From contig CAZWDO010000023.1 in assembly GCA_964632485.1 (NCBI GenBank), positions 1 through 57,855 on the forward strand: 57,855 nucleotides of DNA. Direction: 5' to 3'. The position numbers and the translations under genes are program-made. The notes under the pieces were generated by a model. It saw nothing but the letters and a program-made list of their open reading frames with translations, was not told the DNA's origin and made no database searches. This stretch comes from an uncultured bacterium. GTDB taxonomy: Bacteria > JAGOEH01. Positions 30,929 through 41,225 of this stretch are shown piece by piece; the first letter of the stretch is position 1; the number at the start of each line of letters is the position of its first letter.

Positions 30929-31690
30929 ATGAACCAATGGTATGAAAAATTGTTTGAAAACTATGCGCACAAATACGATCAGGAACCTTTTACCCAGGGT
31001 ACGACCGGCGAATGTGATTTTATCGAAAAAGAACTCAATTACGACAAAACACTAAATATCATCGATATTGGCTGCGGAACCGGTCGGCATGCGATCGAAC
31101 TGAGCCAACGCGGATATCGGGTAATCGGTATTGATTTATCTGAATCCCAGTTGGATCGTGCCAGGGAAAAGATGCGGGAGGCCAATCTTCAAATTGAGTT
31201 TCAGAAGCATGATGCCCGGAACTTGCCCTTCAATAGCGAATTTGATGCGGCTATTATGCTGTGTGAAGGCGGATTCCCCTTGATGGAAACCGACGAAATG
31301 AATTTCGAAATTTTGCGAAGCGCCGCCCAATCGTTGAAACCGAATGCCAGATTTATCTTTACTACTTTAAACGGATTGTACCCCCTTTTCCACTCGATTA
31401 ATGAGTTCAATGAATCGGTAAAGGGGGAGGGGATCGCTTCATACGCCAGCACCTCTTTCGATTTGATGACTTTTAGGGATCATAATATCACTACCATTGA
31501 GGATGACAGCGGGAAATCTGTGGAACTGGAATGCAGCGAACGCTATTACTTCCCCAGTGAAATAACCTGGCTCTTGAAAAGCCTTGGATTTAAAGAAATT
31601 GACATTTTCGGGGCAAAACTGGGAGCCTTTTCCCGGGAAGACCGATTAACCGGCGATGATTTTGAAATGCTTGTTATTGCGAAAAAATGA
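30929..31690 (+). CDS. Class I SAM-dependent methyltransferase
   Basis: IDIGCGTGRH motif I; IGIDLSE; GAGGAG RBS. Confidence 0.9.
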   Translation: MNQWYEKLFENYAHKYDQEPFTQGTTGECDFIEKELNYDKTLNIIDIGCGTGRHAIELSQRGYRVIGIDLSESQLDRAREKMREANLQIEFQKHDARNLPFNSEFDAAIMLCEGGFPLMETDEMNFEILRSAAQSLKPNARFIFTTLNGLYPLFHSINEFNESVKGEGIASYASTSFDLMTFRDHNITTIEDDSGKSVELECSERYYFPSEITWLLKSLGFKEIDIFGAKLGAFSREDRLTGDDFEMLVIAKK

Positions 31691-31747
31691 AATAACTTCA
31701 CCCAATGAGTCAATTCGGCTTGTTAAGGCGCGCGAAAGGATATTTTT

Positions 31748-32143
31748 ATGAACGTATTCAGGACCAAATTTGTGTCTGTTTTTCTGGCGACCGTCTGGAT
31801 ATCCGTATCGGAATTTGCCAGAAATGAGCTTTTACTGAAATCCTATTGGGTCGCCCATTACCAGCAAATGGGGCTAATATTTCCGTCCGCGCCGGTCAAT
31901 GGCGCGATTTGGGGACTTTGGTCGCTCTTTTTGGCGTTGGCAATCTTTTTTATCAGCCGACGATTCTCCCTTTGGCAGACTACTTTTATCGCCTGGTGGA
32001 CCGGCTTCGTGATGATGTGGGTGGTGATCGGGAATCTGGGCGCGCTACCGTTGGGCATTATGTGGGCCGCCATCCCCTTGAGCTTGCTGGAATCATTTGT
32101 TGCGGCCTGGATCGTTTATAAATCAAGAGTAAATAGTGTATAA
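31748..32143 (+). CDS. Small hypothetical membrane protein
   Basis: 131 aa, four hydrophobic segments, AAAGGA RBS. Confidence 0.75.
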   Translation: MNVFRTKFVSVFLATVWISVSEFARNELLLKSYWVAHYQQMGLIFPSAPVNGAIWGLWSLFLALAIFFISRRFSLWQTTFIAWWTGFVMMWVVIGNLGALPLGIMWAAIPLSLLESFVAAWIVYKSRVNSV

Positions 32144-32194
32144 TAATAATCAGCATTGAAAACCATTTTTTGATCCACTGAAAAGGAATTTCGT

Positions 32195-32389
32195 ATGAAA
32201 CGAAAACAAACTAAATACCGAGCTATCGATAAGCTGTTTAAAGAGCATCCCTCTCTCAAGAAAGCAATTGTTATCAATGTCGAGGAAAATAAACTTTCCC
32301 AGTCCCTGATCGATGGCGCCGAGCCCGGTTTGAGCGCCGCGCCACCCGCGATGAGTTGCAATGGATCATTGACATTTGGAAACTACTGA
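32195..32389 (+). CDS. Small hypothetical protein or fragment
   Basis: 64 aa with AAAGGA RBS; no recognisable family. Confidence 0.4.
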   Translation: MKRKQTKYRAIDKLFKEHPSLKKAIVINVEENKLSQSLIDGAEPGLSAAPPAMSCNGSLTFGNY

Positions 32390-32434
32390 TCAAACTGATA
32401 ACAAAATCGGTAAATATTTTTTAAGGAGTCGGCA

Positions 32435-34321
32435 ATGCAAAACATTTCTTTTCAAGCCTTGAGGATTATCAGTATACTGATGACTATGCTATTCCCTTTT
32501 CAAATAAAGGCATTGTCTGTCGAAAAACCCGTATTGAGCCATATTTCGGGCACATATCATGCTCCAATTACCGTGACTATTTCATGCGCCACACCCGAGG
32601 CAATTCTCTATTATACCGTCGATGGTACTACGCCAACTCAAGAATCCCGGCGCTATAATGGCGCTCCGATATTGGTTGCTAATCATGCAACAGGCAATAT
32701 ACTCACCGATCAATGTGATAATGATCCGGATTCCCAGGACGATAATGCGCCACTCTCTTTTTCGTCGTTGACGCTTAAAGCCATTGCAGTCAAAGAGGGG
32801 ATGGAGAATAGTTCAGTGATTGAAGCGGTTTATGTGATCGATCTGGTCGAGGCTTCGTTTAATATCGCCTATGATGTTCCTCCCGACAGTGGAGGGGGAA
32901 AACATTGGCTCGATGTCTATCATCCCGTGGGTAAATCAGGTACTCCGGTTATAATGTTTGTTCATGGTGGCGCATGGAAGCAGGGGGATAAAAATATCTA
33001 TCTCGAATTGGGCAACGTTTTTGCCGGATATTATGGATTAACAACGGTCATTATTAATTATCAGCTTTCAGCCGACCCCTGGAATGCTGTTCATCCTACT
33101 CATATTCAGGATGTAGCCAAAGCTTTTGCCTGGATTAAAAACAACATTGAAGCGTTTGGCGGAAATGCTGACAATATTTCCATTTTCGGCCAATCAGCCG
33201 GGGCGCATCTTGTTTCGCTGTTAGCGACCGATGAATCCTATCTTGCCCATTTGGGATTGAACGTTGAAGATATTCAGCAAGTCATCGCTATGAGTGGCGC
33301 TTATGACTTGTATGATCTGGTTTGCTGGCCCAACAATCCACTCAATCTGTCAACTATTGAGGTATTAGAATATAAAAGTCTGTGCCTCAATACATTTGGA
33401 AGCTGGGAAGAAGAAGTTCTGAATGCAGCTTCCCCGGGAGAGTTTGTAAATATAGATCAACCACCCGTGCATCTGATTGCTCTGAATGAAACCGAAACTT
33501 TTAAAGATATGCCGGGCTTCGGAGCAGATGCCGACCATTTTTATCAGCAAATTATCGATTTGAACGCGCCGATTGTAACTCTGGACCGTATATCCGAGTC
33601 GGATATTGACCCGCAGATTTTGGCGCTCGATTTCCCAGGTAATACTGACGGTCACTATCATGAAATTTATGCCATCAACACGCAGTTATGGAACAGTCGG
33701 TCAGCCAAGATGGTTGCGGAATTTGTGGGCAATTATCCGGAAGCCGTTATGCTGATCAGCCCCCCCAATGGTTCTGTTTATTCGGAAGATTCTATTGTAT
33801 TGGAATGGACGGAAAGCTCGAATGCGTTTTTCTATCAGCTCCAAATTTCCGAGTCCGATGGATTTCAGTCGGAAAACATGGTGTGGAATGGAGAAATTGG
33901 ACAGTCAAAGTGGTTGTTTTCCAATCTTTGCAAGGGGATTGACTATTATTGGCGAGTACGGGCAGTGAATGGGCTTGGAGAAAGTGAATGGTCCGAAACA
34001 GGAATGTTTACTGTCGCTGATGCTTCCTGCATCGCTTCCAGCCGATCGGGTTCTCAGTCATTCGCCCTCAGCTCTTTTCCCAACCCATTTAATGCCGCAG
34101 TAATGCTGCAAATAACTGTGCCTCATATTTTAACGGGTTCAGCTTGCTTGACGGTCTATAATTCAGAAGGTTCACTCGTCGATCGGAGATTGCTTGAATT
34201 GCATCAGGGAATACAGAGGGTATTGTGGAGCCCCCATGATAAATTAGCCAGTGGAATTCTTTTTTTTAGAATCTGCTACGGTTCTTTTTCAGCTAATTCT
34301 GAAGCGCTGTATATCAAATGA
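32435..34321 (+). CDS. Secreted alpha/beta-hydrolase (esterase) with Fn3-associated, FN3 and C-terminal sorting domains
   Basis: YYTVDGTTPT; HGGAW and GQSAG; YYWRVRAVN; FPNPFN tail. Confidence 0.85.
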   Translation: MQNISFQALRIISILMTMLFPFQIKALSVEKPVLSHISGTYHAPITVTISCATPEAILYYTVDGTTPTQESRRYNGAPILVANHATGNILTDQCDNDPDSQDDNAPLSFSSLTLKAIAVKEGMENSSVIEAVYVIDLVEASFNIAYDVPPDSGGGKHWLDVYHPVGKSGTPVIMFVHGGAWKQGDKNIYLELGNVFAGYYGLTTVIINYQLSADPWNAVHPTHIQDVAKAFAWIKNNIEAFGGNADNISIFGQSAGAHLVSLLATDESYLAHLGLNVEDIQQVIAMSGAYDLYDLVCWPNNPLNLSTIEVLEYKSLCLNTFGSWEEEVLNAASPGEFVNIDQPPVHLIALNETETFKDMPGFGADADHFYQQIIDLNAPIVTLDRISESDIDPQILALDFPGNTDGHYHEIYAINTQLWNSRSAKMVAEFVGNYPEAVMLISPPNGSVYSEDSIVLEWTESSNAFFYQLQISESDGFQSENMVWNGEIGQSKWLFSNLCKGIDYYWRVRAVNGLGESEWSETGMFTVADASCIASSRSGSQSFALSSFPNPFNAAVMLQITVPHILTGSACLTVYNSEGSLVDRRLLELHQGIQRVLWSPHDKLASGILFFRICYGSFSANSEALYIK

Positions 34322-34516
34322 AATTGGAATTTGATACGTCCATTCCGCTGGTGGATCGATGGAAAAACCATATAGCTTAACCGAAAAGATTACGCATATC
34401 GCGAATAAGACTCAAACCGATCGCGTCAGCTTCGGTTTCTGATCGATAAAAAAGAAATGCTGTATAATGCTGATGTTTATCTTGACAAAAGTAGGTGAGA
34501 GAGAGAAAAAAACGTT

Positions 34517-36877
34517 ATGAATATCAATTGCCAAGTATTGATGATATGCCTGTTTTTGTTCTTATTATCAGGAATGGCTGCCCAAAGCGGGTACGTAACC
34601 TTTATTGCCGAAAATTCGCGGAACCATGCGCCGGTGGAGCTGGATTCGATACGCATCACCCATGATCAGGGCTTGGATACAGTGATCTATAGCGACACCT
34701 TTTGGATTTATCCCGCAAGCGGCATCAGCGAGGGTTTGTCATCGAATATGGAATCCATGTTGGTGCGCAACTATCCCAATCCGTTTCGCTCCCAAACCCG
34801 TTTTAAAATGCGCATTTCTCAACCCGGGTCGTTTCGTATTCGCTTGTTTAATCTTCTGGGTAGCATTCTGCTGGTACAAGAAATCTCATTATCAGCGGGT
34901 GACCATGAATTTTTTCTCGAGGGAGAGGGTCTTTGCCCTGGAATTTACTTTATCAACGTCGCGGGCTCCTCCCATTCTTGGGTTTTTAAAATTCTTAAAC
35001 TTGGCCCCCAATTGGGTCGGGAGGTTCTAATCCACGAAGCAGCGCAGAATTTGTTTTCTCCTAATTCTCCCTCGGGATTGTCCATGTATGGAACCATTCC
35101 GGTTCTGAATTATACATTTACCGCTTTCGCCCGTAATTATTTAAATCAGACTATCAGCGATAACCAGATTCAGTCGGGAAAAATCTATTCATTTGAACTT
35201 GATCCTGCCACCCAGGCGCCAGTGATGGATTCGATCCGCTATCGACAGGATTCGTTGCGGGTCGATTTTTCATTTTACTTTTCGGATCCCGATCGGGATC
35301 TGGCAACCCTGGAACTGGATTCCGGGGGTGATCAGCACTGGGACAGCGTTTTGTCGATTTTACAAACTACCGTTCAGGGCATGGCGGTGATTAGTCATCA
35401 GTATCCCGGGGTTGGTCAATATTGTCTGCAATGGCGACTCATCGATCAGATGGGATTTTTCGTCCGCGACAGTTTAAAATTTACGGTAGAGGAGTCGGAT
35501 ACGGTCACAACGTGGAACCCCTCTGATTTTCAGACGGTATATGATGTAGGACCGGGCCATGAGTTTCCGGATCCCGCCGCAGTACCCTGGGAATCGCTGA
35601 CTCCTTCGACCCTGGTACGGATCTACTGGCAGGAGGAACCCTATTGCTGCAAATGGGTGATCAATACCGAAGCGACTGCCGATTCCCCCTTGGTGATAAC
35701 GGGGATTGCCGATAACGGCCGTTTGCCGGTGATTTCGGGTGAAAATGCCATTACCCGTCTGGAGTTGGACTACTGGAACGAAAACCGCTCCGTGATCAAA
35801 GTCGGGGGTTCCAGTTTACCGGACGATTCCCGCGCTCCAGCCTGGATTTATATCGAGAATCTCGATATCCGCAGCGCCCGGCCGGGTTATGCATTCACGG
35901 ACGATCGCGGCAATTCCGGCCAATATGTCAGCAATGCGGCGGCGATTCATGTCGAGATCGGTGAAAATATCAACATCAAGCATTGTGAACTGCATGATTG
36001 CGGCAATGGGTTGTTCACTACCTATACGACACAAAATATTCGTATCGCCGGGAATTATATCCATGATAACGGCATCGAAGGTAGCTACTACGAGCATAAT
36101 ACTTATACTGAAAGCCAAGGCATTGTCTATGAATACAACCGTTTTAGCCCCCTGCGTCCGGGATGTGGCGGCAATAACCTCAAAGACCGTTCCAGCGGCG
36201 CTATCATTCGCTATAATTGGATTGAAAGCGGCAATCGGCAATTGGACCTGGTGGAGACTTCTCATCAGGAACTTGCCGAGGATCCCGATTATATGGCAAG
36301 CTGGGTCTATGGAAATATCCTGATCGAGCCTGAAGACGCCGGCAACAATCAGATCATTCATTATGGCGGCGACGGCGGCGATACGACGCTATATCGCACG
36401 GGCACTCTGTACTTCTACCACAACACGATCGTCTCCACCCGCAGCGGTAATACGACCCTGATTCGGCTTTCATTGAATGGCATCAGCGCCGATATCCGCA
36501 ATAATATCGTGTACGCCTCGGCGGGAGGGAATCGCATGGCAATCACCGCTGGTCAGGGCCAGGCGCGCCTCTACGCCAACTGGCTATCTAGCGGCTGGAA
36601 AAATACGCATGAAAGCGTCTTCGAGGGAAATCTGGTCCAGAACGGGAATCTGAGCGGGGAGAGCCCGGGGTTTTCCAATCCGGTGCAGCAGGAATTCGGC
36701 TTGGAGGCTGGGTCGCCCTGTATCGATGCCGGTTGGCTCCTGTATGCTCCGTTTAATGCCTGCCCCGCGCTGTATCAGTATGTCAAGCACCAGACAATCC
36801 GGGCGCGTAACAGCGATGCCGCTCCCGATATCGGCGCGTTTGAATATGGTATGAGCAGTTTTGACATCCTCAAGTAA
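34517..36877 (+). CDS. Secreted protein with right-handed beta-helix (putative polysaccharide-active) domain
   Basis: Signal peptide; NYPNPF...PGIYF domain near the N-terminus; beta-helix repeats (HDCGNG, IHDNG, YHNTIV); DIGAFE end. Confidence 0.75.
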   Translation: MNINCQVLMICLFLFLLSGMAAQSGYVTFIAENSRNHAPVELDSIRITHDQGLDTVIYSDTFWIYPASGISEGLSSNMESMLVRNYPNPFRSQTRFKMRISQPGSFRIRLFNLLGSILLVQEISLSAGDHEFFLEGEGLCPGIYFINVAGSSHSWVFKILKLGPQLGREVLIHEAAQNLFSPNSPSGLSMYGTIPVLNYTFTAFARNYLNQTISDNQIQSGKIYSFELDPATQAPVMDSIRYRQDSLRVDFSFYFSDPDRDLATLELDSGGDQHWDSVLSILQTTVQGMAVISHQYPGVGQYCLQWRLIDQMGFFVRDSLKFTVEESDTVTTWNPSDFQTVYDVGPGHEFPDPAAVPWESLTPSTLVRIYWQEEPYCCKWVINTEATADSPLVITGIADNGRLPVISGENAITRLELDYWNENRSVIKVGGSSLPDDSRAPAWIYIENLDIRSARPGYAFTDDRGNSGQYVSNAAAIHVEIGENINIKHCELHDCGNGLFTTYTTQNIRIAGNYIHDNGIEGSYYEHNTYTESQGIVYEYNRFSPLRPGCGGNNLKDRSSGAIIRYNWIESGNRQLDLVETSHQELAEDPDYMASWVYGNILIEPEDAGNNQIIHYGGDGGDTTLYRTGTLYFYHNTIVSTRSGNTTLIRLSLNGISADIRNNIVYASAGGNRMAITAGQGQARLYANWLSSGWKNTHESVFEGNLVQNGNLSGESPGFSNPVQQEFGLEAGSPCIDAGWLLYAPFNACPALYQYVKHQTIRARNSDAAPDIGAFEYGMSSFDILK

Positions 36878-36904
36878 TCGACATCTGACATCCAATAACT
36901 ATCC

Positions 36905-36929
36905 TCATTCCAAGGCTGATCCGGAATCC
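36905..36929. repeat. Degenerate REP-like palindrome
   Basis: TCATTCC-AAGGCTGATCC-GGAATCC with ATTCC/GGAAT arms. Confidence 0.35.
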
Positions 36930-37076
36930 CCGCTTAAATTTGTTCTTGACTTTTTAGCAGTTTTTCGTTCAGATGTTTTTAACCTCATTCTCCGTTTTCC
37001 GTAGAACCAACATAAAAAAAGAATTAAGATAAAAATGAAAAAATCACATGGAACCATTTTAAAAAAGGAAATGATA

Positions 37077-37967
37077 ATGAAGTTTATGAAAATCTTTACG
37101 TATATTATGAGTTTCTTTTTGCTTATATCTTGCTCTTCTAAAAATAAAATGGATGGATTAAGAGTTAAAATTAATGAAATCATCCTAACGAAAAATGCAA
37201 CTTTTGGAATTGGTATTTATGATTTTGAAAATCAAGATACTCTTTTCATCAATAAAGACAAACAATTTACACTGGTGAGTGTCGTTAAATTTCCGCAAGC
37301 TGTTGCGATTTTAAAACGAGTCGATGAAGGAATATTAAATTATGATATGAAAATTCATTTTGAAAAGAGTGATTTACGACCAGATACCTATAGTCCATTG
37401 GCTGATGAAAGAAGCGCAGAAAGCGTTGATATCACATTATCAGAAGCATTAAGCTATACCATCTCCAGAAGCGACAACAATGTTTGCGATAAATTATTTA
37501 AAATATTGGGAGGCACGAAAGTTGCAGAAAATTATATCCAGAATTTAGGCTTAAAAAGTATATCAATCGGTACGGACTATGCGAATATAGAAACGAACAC
37601 AATTCATGCCAATCAGAGTAGTCCAAAAGATATGCTTGAACTTCTTCGATTGTTTTATGACGATGAGATTTTATCTAAAAAAAGTAAAGAATTGTTGTGG
37701 AGAAAAATGGTTGAGACATCTACCGGACCTGATCGGATCAAGGGACTTTTGCATGAAGGGACAGTAGTAGGTCATAAAACAGGGACTTCAGGTACTGATA
37801 AAAATGGAATTACTGCTGCTTTTAATGATATTGGCATTGTTAAGTTACCAAACGGAAGAAGTTTTGCCATTGTCATTTTTATTTCTGACTCAAGGGAAGA
37901 TAAGATTACCAACGCAAAAATTATCGCAGAAATTTCAAAAGCAACTTATGATTATTTAAATAAATAA
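37077..37967 (+). CDS. bla: Class A beta-lactamase, subclass A2 (PER/VEB/TLA-like), atypical omega loop
   Basis: SVVK, SDN and HKTGTSG motifs; lipoprotein-like signal (LISC); AT-rich. Confidence 0.88.
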   Translation: MKFMKIFTYIMSFFLLISCSSKNKMDGLRVKINEIILTKNATFGIGIYDFENQDTLFINKDKQFTLVSVVKFPQAVAILKRVDEGILNYDMKIHFEKSDLRPDTYSPLADERSAESVDITLSEALSYTISRSDNNVCDKLFKILGGTKVAENYIQNLGLKSISIGTDYANIETNTIHANQSSPKDMLELLRLFYDDEILSKKSKELLWRKMVETSTGPDRIKGLLHEGTVVGHKTGTSGTDKNGITAAFNDIGIVKLPNGRSFAIVIFISDSREDKITNAKIIAEISKATYDYLNK

Positions 37968-38033
37968 TAGTAACTATTCAGGCTAATTATTATATTAAAT
38001 AAAAAACTTACCGAAAATCAATATTTTTTGTAA

Positions 38034-38254
38034 GTATTTAGACCAGAAGACCTGGTTGATTTGAAACCCAATCAACGTTATTTAATCCATGTTAAATTAG
38101 AAAGAGAACCTGTCAAAAAACCGAAGGAACTTTTCTTACAAAGGATTTCAGCAAAAGCGATAGATTTAGGTATTCAAGATTTGGCAGAATAAGATGACCA
38201 TTATTTATACTGGACTGAAAAACGATGTATAAACCAATATTCACAGATACTTAA
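38034..38254 (+). pseudogene. Remnant of a DUF104/AF2212-like antitoxin plus the first codons of a PIN toxin
   Basis: VFRPEDLVDLKPNQRY...DLGIQDLAE*DDHYLY (in-frame TAA), then MYKPIFTDT* at 38225-38254. Confidence 0.6.
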
Positions 38255-38545
38255 CATCGGTCATGTCATTGGTCCACAGATGAAAGCGCAACACAGAGAA
38301 CTTCTGTAGCTTTGCATGAATTGGAAAGCAGGCTTAATACATTCAGCCAAGAGCAGATAGCGATGGAAAAGCAGCGTCAGGAATTGGTTGAAAGCTCCTA
38401 ACTACTATTTATAGCCCGCCCGTGTGGGATTCTGCCGGTCAATATTATATCTATGACCATTTGGAGATAAAAATAGCAATCTTTCTCTATTGTTTATTCA
38501 AATGGATTTATAAATAAAAAAAATATAACTGATGAGGTGTTTTTC

Positions 38546-39415
38546 ATGCAACTGACCATTCAAAATCTCGGTAAACAATACAAACGGAATGTCTGGGGTC
38601 TTAAGGACTTTAGCCTCGAGATCAGTCCTGGCATTCTCGGCTTGCTCGGCCCGAATGGCGCGGGTAAATCCACATTAATGCGGATACTCGCCACGATCAC
38701 CAAGCCCACCGCAGGGGCAATTTCGTGGAACGGCGTGGATGTCATTAAATCGCCCGATATGCTGCGCTCTGTACTTGGATATTTACCACAGGACTTCGGC
38801 GTGTACCCCAATCTCACTGCAATCGAATTCCTGGAATATATGGCGGCAATTAAAGGGCTGGATGCCAATTCCACCCGAAAACGGATAGATGAGCTATTGC
38901 AGTTTGTCAACCTCATGGAAGCAGCGAAGCGTCCGCTGGGAGGCTATTCAGGCGGTATGAAGCAGCGCGTAGGCATCGCGCAGGCGCTGCTCAACGACCC
39001 GCAACTGCTGATCGTGGACGAACCCACCGTCGGCCTGGACCCTGAAGAGCGTGTCCGGTTTCGCAATTTGCTCTCAGACTTGTCCGGGGAAAGAATCATC
39101 ATCTTATCCACCCACATTGTTTCGGATGTAGAAGCCACTGCCACGCATATCGTGCTCATCAATCAAGGCCAACTCCTGCGAGAGACCGCCCCCGAAGAGC
39201 TGCTTAAAGAGCTTGAAAATAAAGTCTGGGAGTGGACCGTTCACAGCGACGACCTGCCAGCTCTGAAAAGCAAACATATCGTCAGTGGTACCATCCGCCG
39301 CAGTGACGGGGTGCAGGTACGCGTCGTCAGCGCCACCCAGCCCGAGGCTCAGTCAGAGAACGTTTCACCCAATCTCGAAGACGCCTATCTGTATTTCATC
39401 AGAGGTAGATCATGA
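38546..39415 (+). CDS. ABC transporter ATP-binding protein
   Basis: GPNGAGKST, YSGGMKQR, LIVDEP, STH. Confidence 0.95.
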   Translation: MQLTIQNLGKQYKRNVWGLKDFSLEISPGILGLLGPNGAGKSTLMRILATITKPTAGAISWNGVDVIKSPDMLRSVLGYLPQDFGVYPNLTAIEFLEYMAAIKGLDANSTRKRIDELLQFVNLMEAAKRPLGGYSGGMKQRVGIAQALLNDPQLLIVDEPTVGLDPEERVRFRNLLSDLSGERIIILSTHIVSDVEATATHIVLINQGQLLRETAPEELLKELENKVWEWTVHSDDLPALKSKHIVSGTIRRSDGVQVRVVSATQPEAQSENVSPNLEDAYLYFIRGRS

Positions 39416-40989
39416 ATCAAGTACGCGTCATTTATCATATAGCGCGCGCCGATTTTTACGAGCGCGTGCGTCGCTATAGTTTTCTCATTATGCTCGGATT
39501 GGTGGTCTTTCTTGGATATCAAATTGCGATTGGCAATATGACTTTGGAACTTGGCAAGTACCGGGGCGAATTCAACTCGGCCTGGGTTGGCGCGCTGATG
39601 GCCCTCAACGCCACACTTTTCATTGGCTGGTTTGGTTTTTTTCTGATCAAAGGCTCAGTTGCGCGCGATAGGGAAACCGGTGTCGGCCAAATCATGGCGA
39701 CCACGCCGCTTACGCGTCCGCTGTACATGCTGGGCAAATGGTTGAGCAATCTGGCTGTTTTAATGTCTATGGTGACGGTGCTGGCGCTGCTCGGAATTCT
39801 CCTGCAATTCTGGAAAGGTGAAAGCGCGCGGTTAGACCTGCTGGCGTATCTGACGCCATTTCTTTTCATTGTGTTTCCTCTCATGGCACTCGTTGCCGCC
39901 CTGGCCGTGTTATTCGAAGCCATTCCGTTCCTGCAAGGCGGCTTCGGGAATATTGTCTATTTCGTGGCGTTCATCATCTCCCTTCCAATAACGATGGAAA
40001 ACCTGGGCACAAAATATGCAGTTTTTGAACCCACCGGGATCGGCGTACTGAAGAGCGATATGGGCGCATCTGTACGGGCAGTGTACCCTGATTACGATGG
40101 AAGCTTTTCTTTAGGAAATAACAGACAGGAAGTATCGGGGAGATTCACCTGGACAGGTATACACTGGACCCCGGATCTTATTCTGGGGCGGTTTGTCTTT
40201 ATTGGTGCCGCCATCCTGTTCACATTACTTGCAGCATTTTTCTTTGACCGATTCGATCCTTCACGCACAAAACCCAGGCGGATAAAAACCAGCGCAGTTC
40301 CACCTGACGCTTCGTTCAACCCAGGCCTTCAACCGGCTGCTGTTTCAAAAACGATTCCCACCATTCACTTGACGCCGTTGAACGCTACTTCGAGGCGCTT
40401 CGGTTTCTTCAATGTCCTCCGGGCTGAGTTAAAACTTCTGCTCAAAGGACAACGCTGGTGGTGGTACGTCATTGCTGGTGGGCTCATAATCGCTTGTTTT
40501 GCCAGCCATGCCTCCGACACGTGCGCTATCTTCCTGCCCCTGGCCTGGACCTGGCCGGTGCTGATCTGGTCCTCCCTCGGCAACCGCGAAATTCACCACA
40601 ATGTCCAACAGATGACCTTCTCTTCCGTCTCCCCGGTTTGGAGACAACTCCCTGCGCAATGGCTGGCTGGATTCATCGTTACTCTACTGATGGGAAGCGG
40701 CGCGATGCTTTGTTTGACGATGGCTGGTGATACAACGGGTTTGCTGGGTTTGTTCTCTGGCGCAATCTTCATTCCATCTCTGGCGCTTGCCTTAGGGGTG
40801 TGGAGCGGAACCAGCAAACTCTTTGAAATTGTGTATATCGCCATTTTGTATATTGGCCCGTTCAATCATGTACCTGAATTGGATTTTATTGGCGCAACCA
40901 ATACCGGCCACCCTGAGTTTTTTATCCCGCTCTCACTGGTGTTGATCATCAGCGCTTTTTTTGGCAGAGCGCGACAGTTACGAAATTAA
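39412..40989 (+). CDS. ABC-2 type permease (two membrane halves)
   Basis: 4-nt overlap with the ATPase gene; RDRETGVGQIMATTP; many TM segments. Confidence 0.85.
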   Translation: MNQVRVIYHIARADFYERVRRYSFLIMLGLVVFLGYQIAIGNMTLELGKYRGEFNSAWVGALMALNATLFIGWFGFFLIKGSVARDRETGVGQIMATTPLTRPLYMLGKWLSNLAVLMSMVTVLALLGILLQFWKGESARLDLLAYLTPFLFIVFPLMALVAALAVLFEAIPFLQGGFGNIVYFVAFIISLPITMENLGTKYAVFEPTGIGVLKSDMGASVRAVYPDYDGSFSLGNNRQEVSGRFTWTGIHWTPDLILGRFVFIGAAILFTLLAAFFFDRFDPSRTKPRRIKTSAVPPDASFNPGLQPAAVSKTIPTIHLTPLNATSRRFGFFNVLRAELKLLLKGQRWWWYVIAGGLIIACFASHASDTCAIFLPLAWTWPVLIWSSLGNREIHHNVQQMTFSSVSPVWRQLPAQWLAGFIVTLLMGSGAMLCLTMAGDTTGLLGLFSGAIFIPSLALALGVWSGTSKLFEIVYIAILYIGPFNHVPELDFIGATNTGHPEFFIPLSLVLIISAFFGRARQLRN

Positions 40990-41225
40990 CCGCTCAATCA
41001 TCCAAAAATTTGATAAAAACGAGGCGCAGAGCAAAGCAGATGGCACGACCCCTTAGATTTATTCTTGCCATACGCCACATAGACATGCGCATCAAGTCGG
41101 ATAGAAAAATCTGTTTTATTTTTAATCCGATAGGTCAATGGAATCATATTCAACGCCCGTGACAGTTAGTTTTTCAACCGCTTATTAACAAGTTAGAAAC
41201 GAAGGGTATAGATAGGAAGTACGGT

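Noticed and set aside
41040-41057. MARPLR, resembling the start of a REP-associated tyrosine transposase
   Set aside because: Only six residues match; no HUH or other transposase motifs follow.
17400-41200. Integron cassette array
   Set aside because: No intI. Only isolated TAAC/GTTA-like words (e.g. 18644-18650, 40984-40990), with no paired R''/L''/L'/R' attC structure that I could verify.
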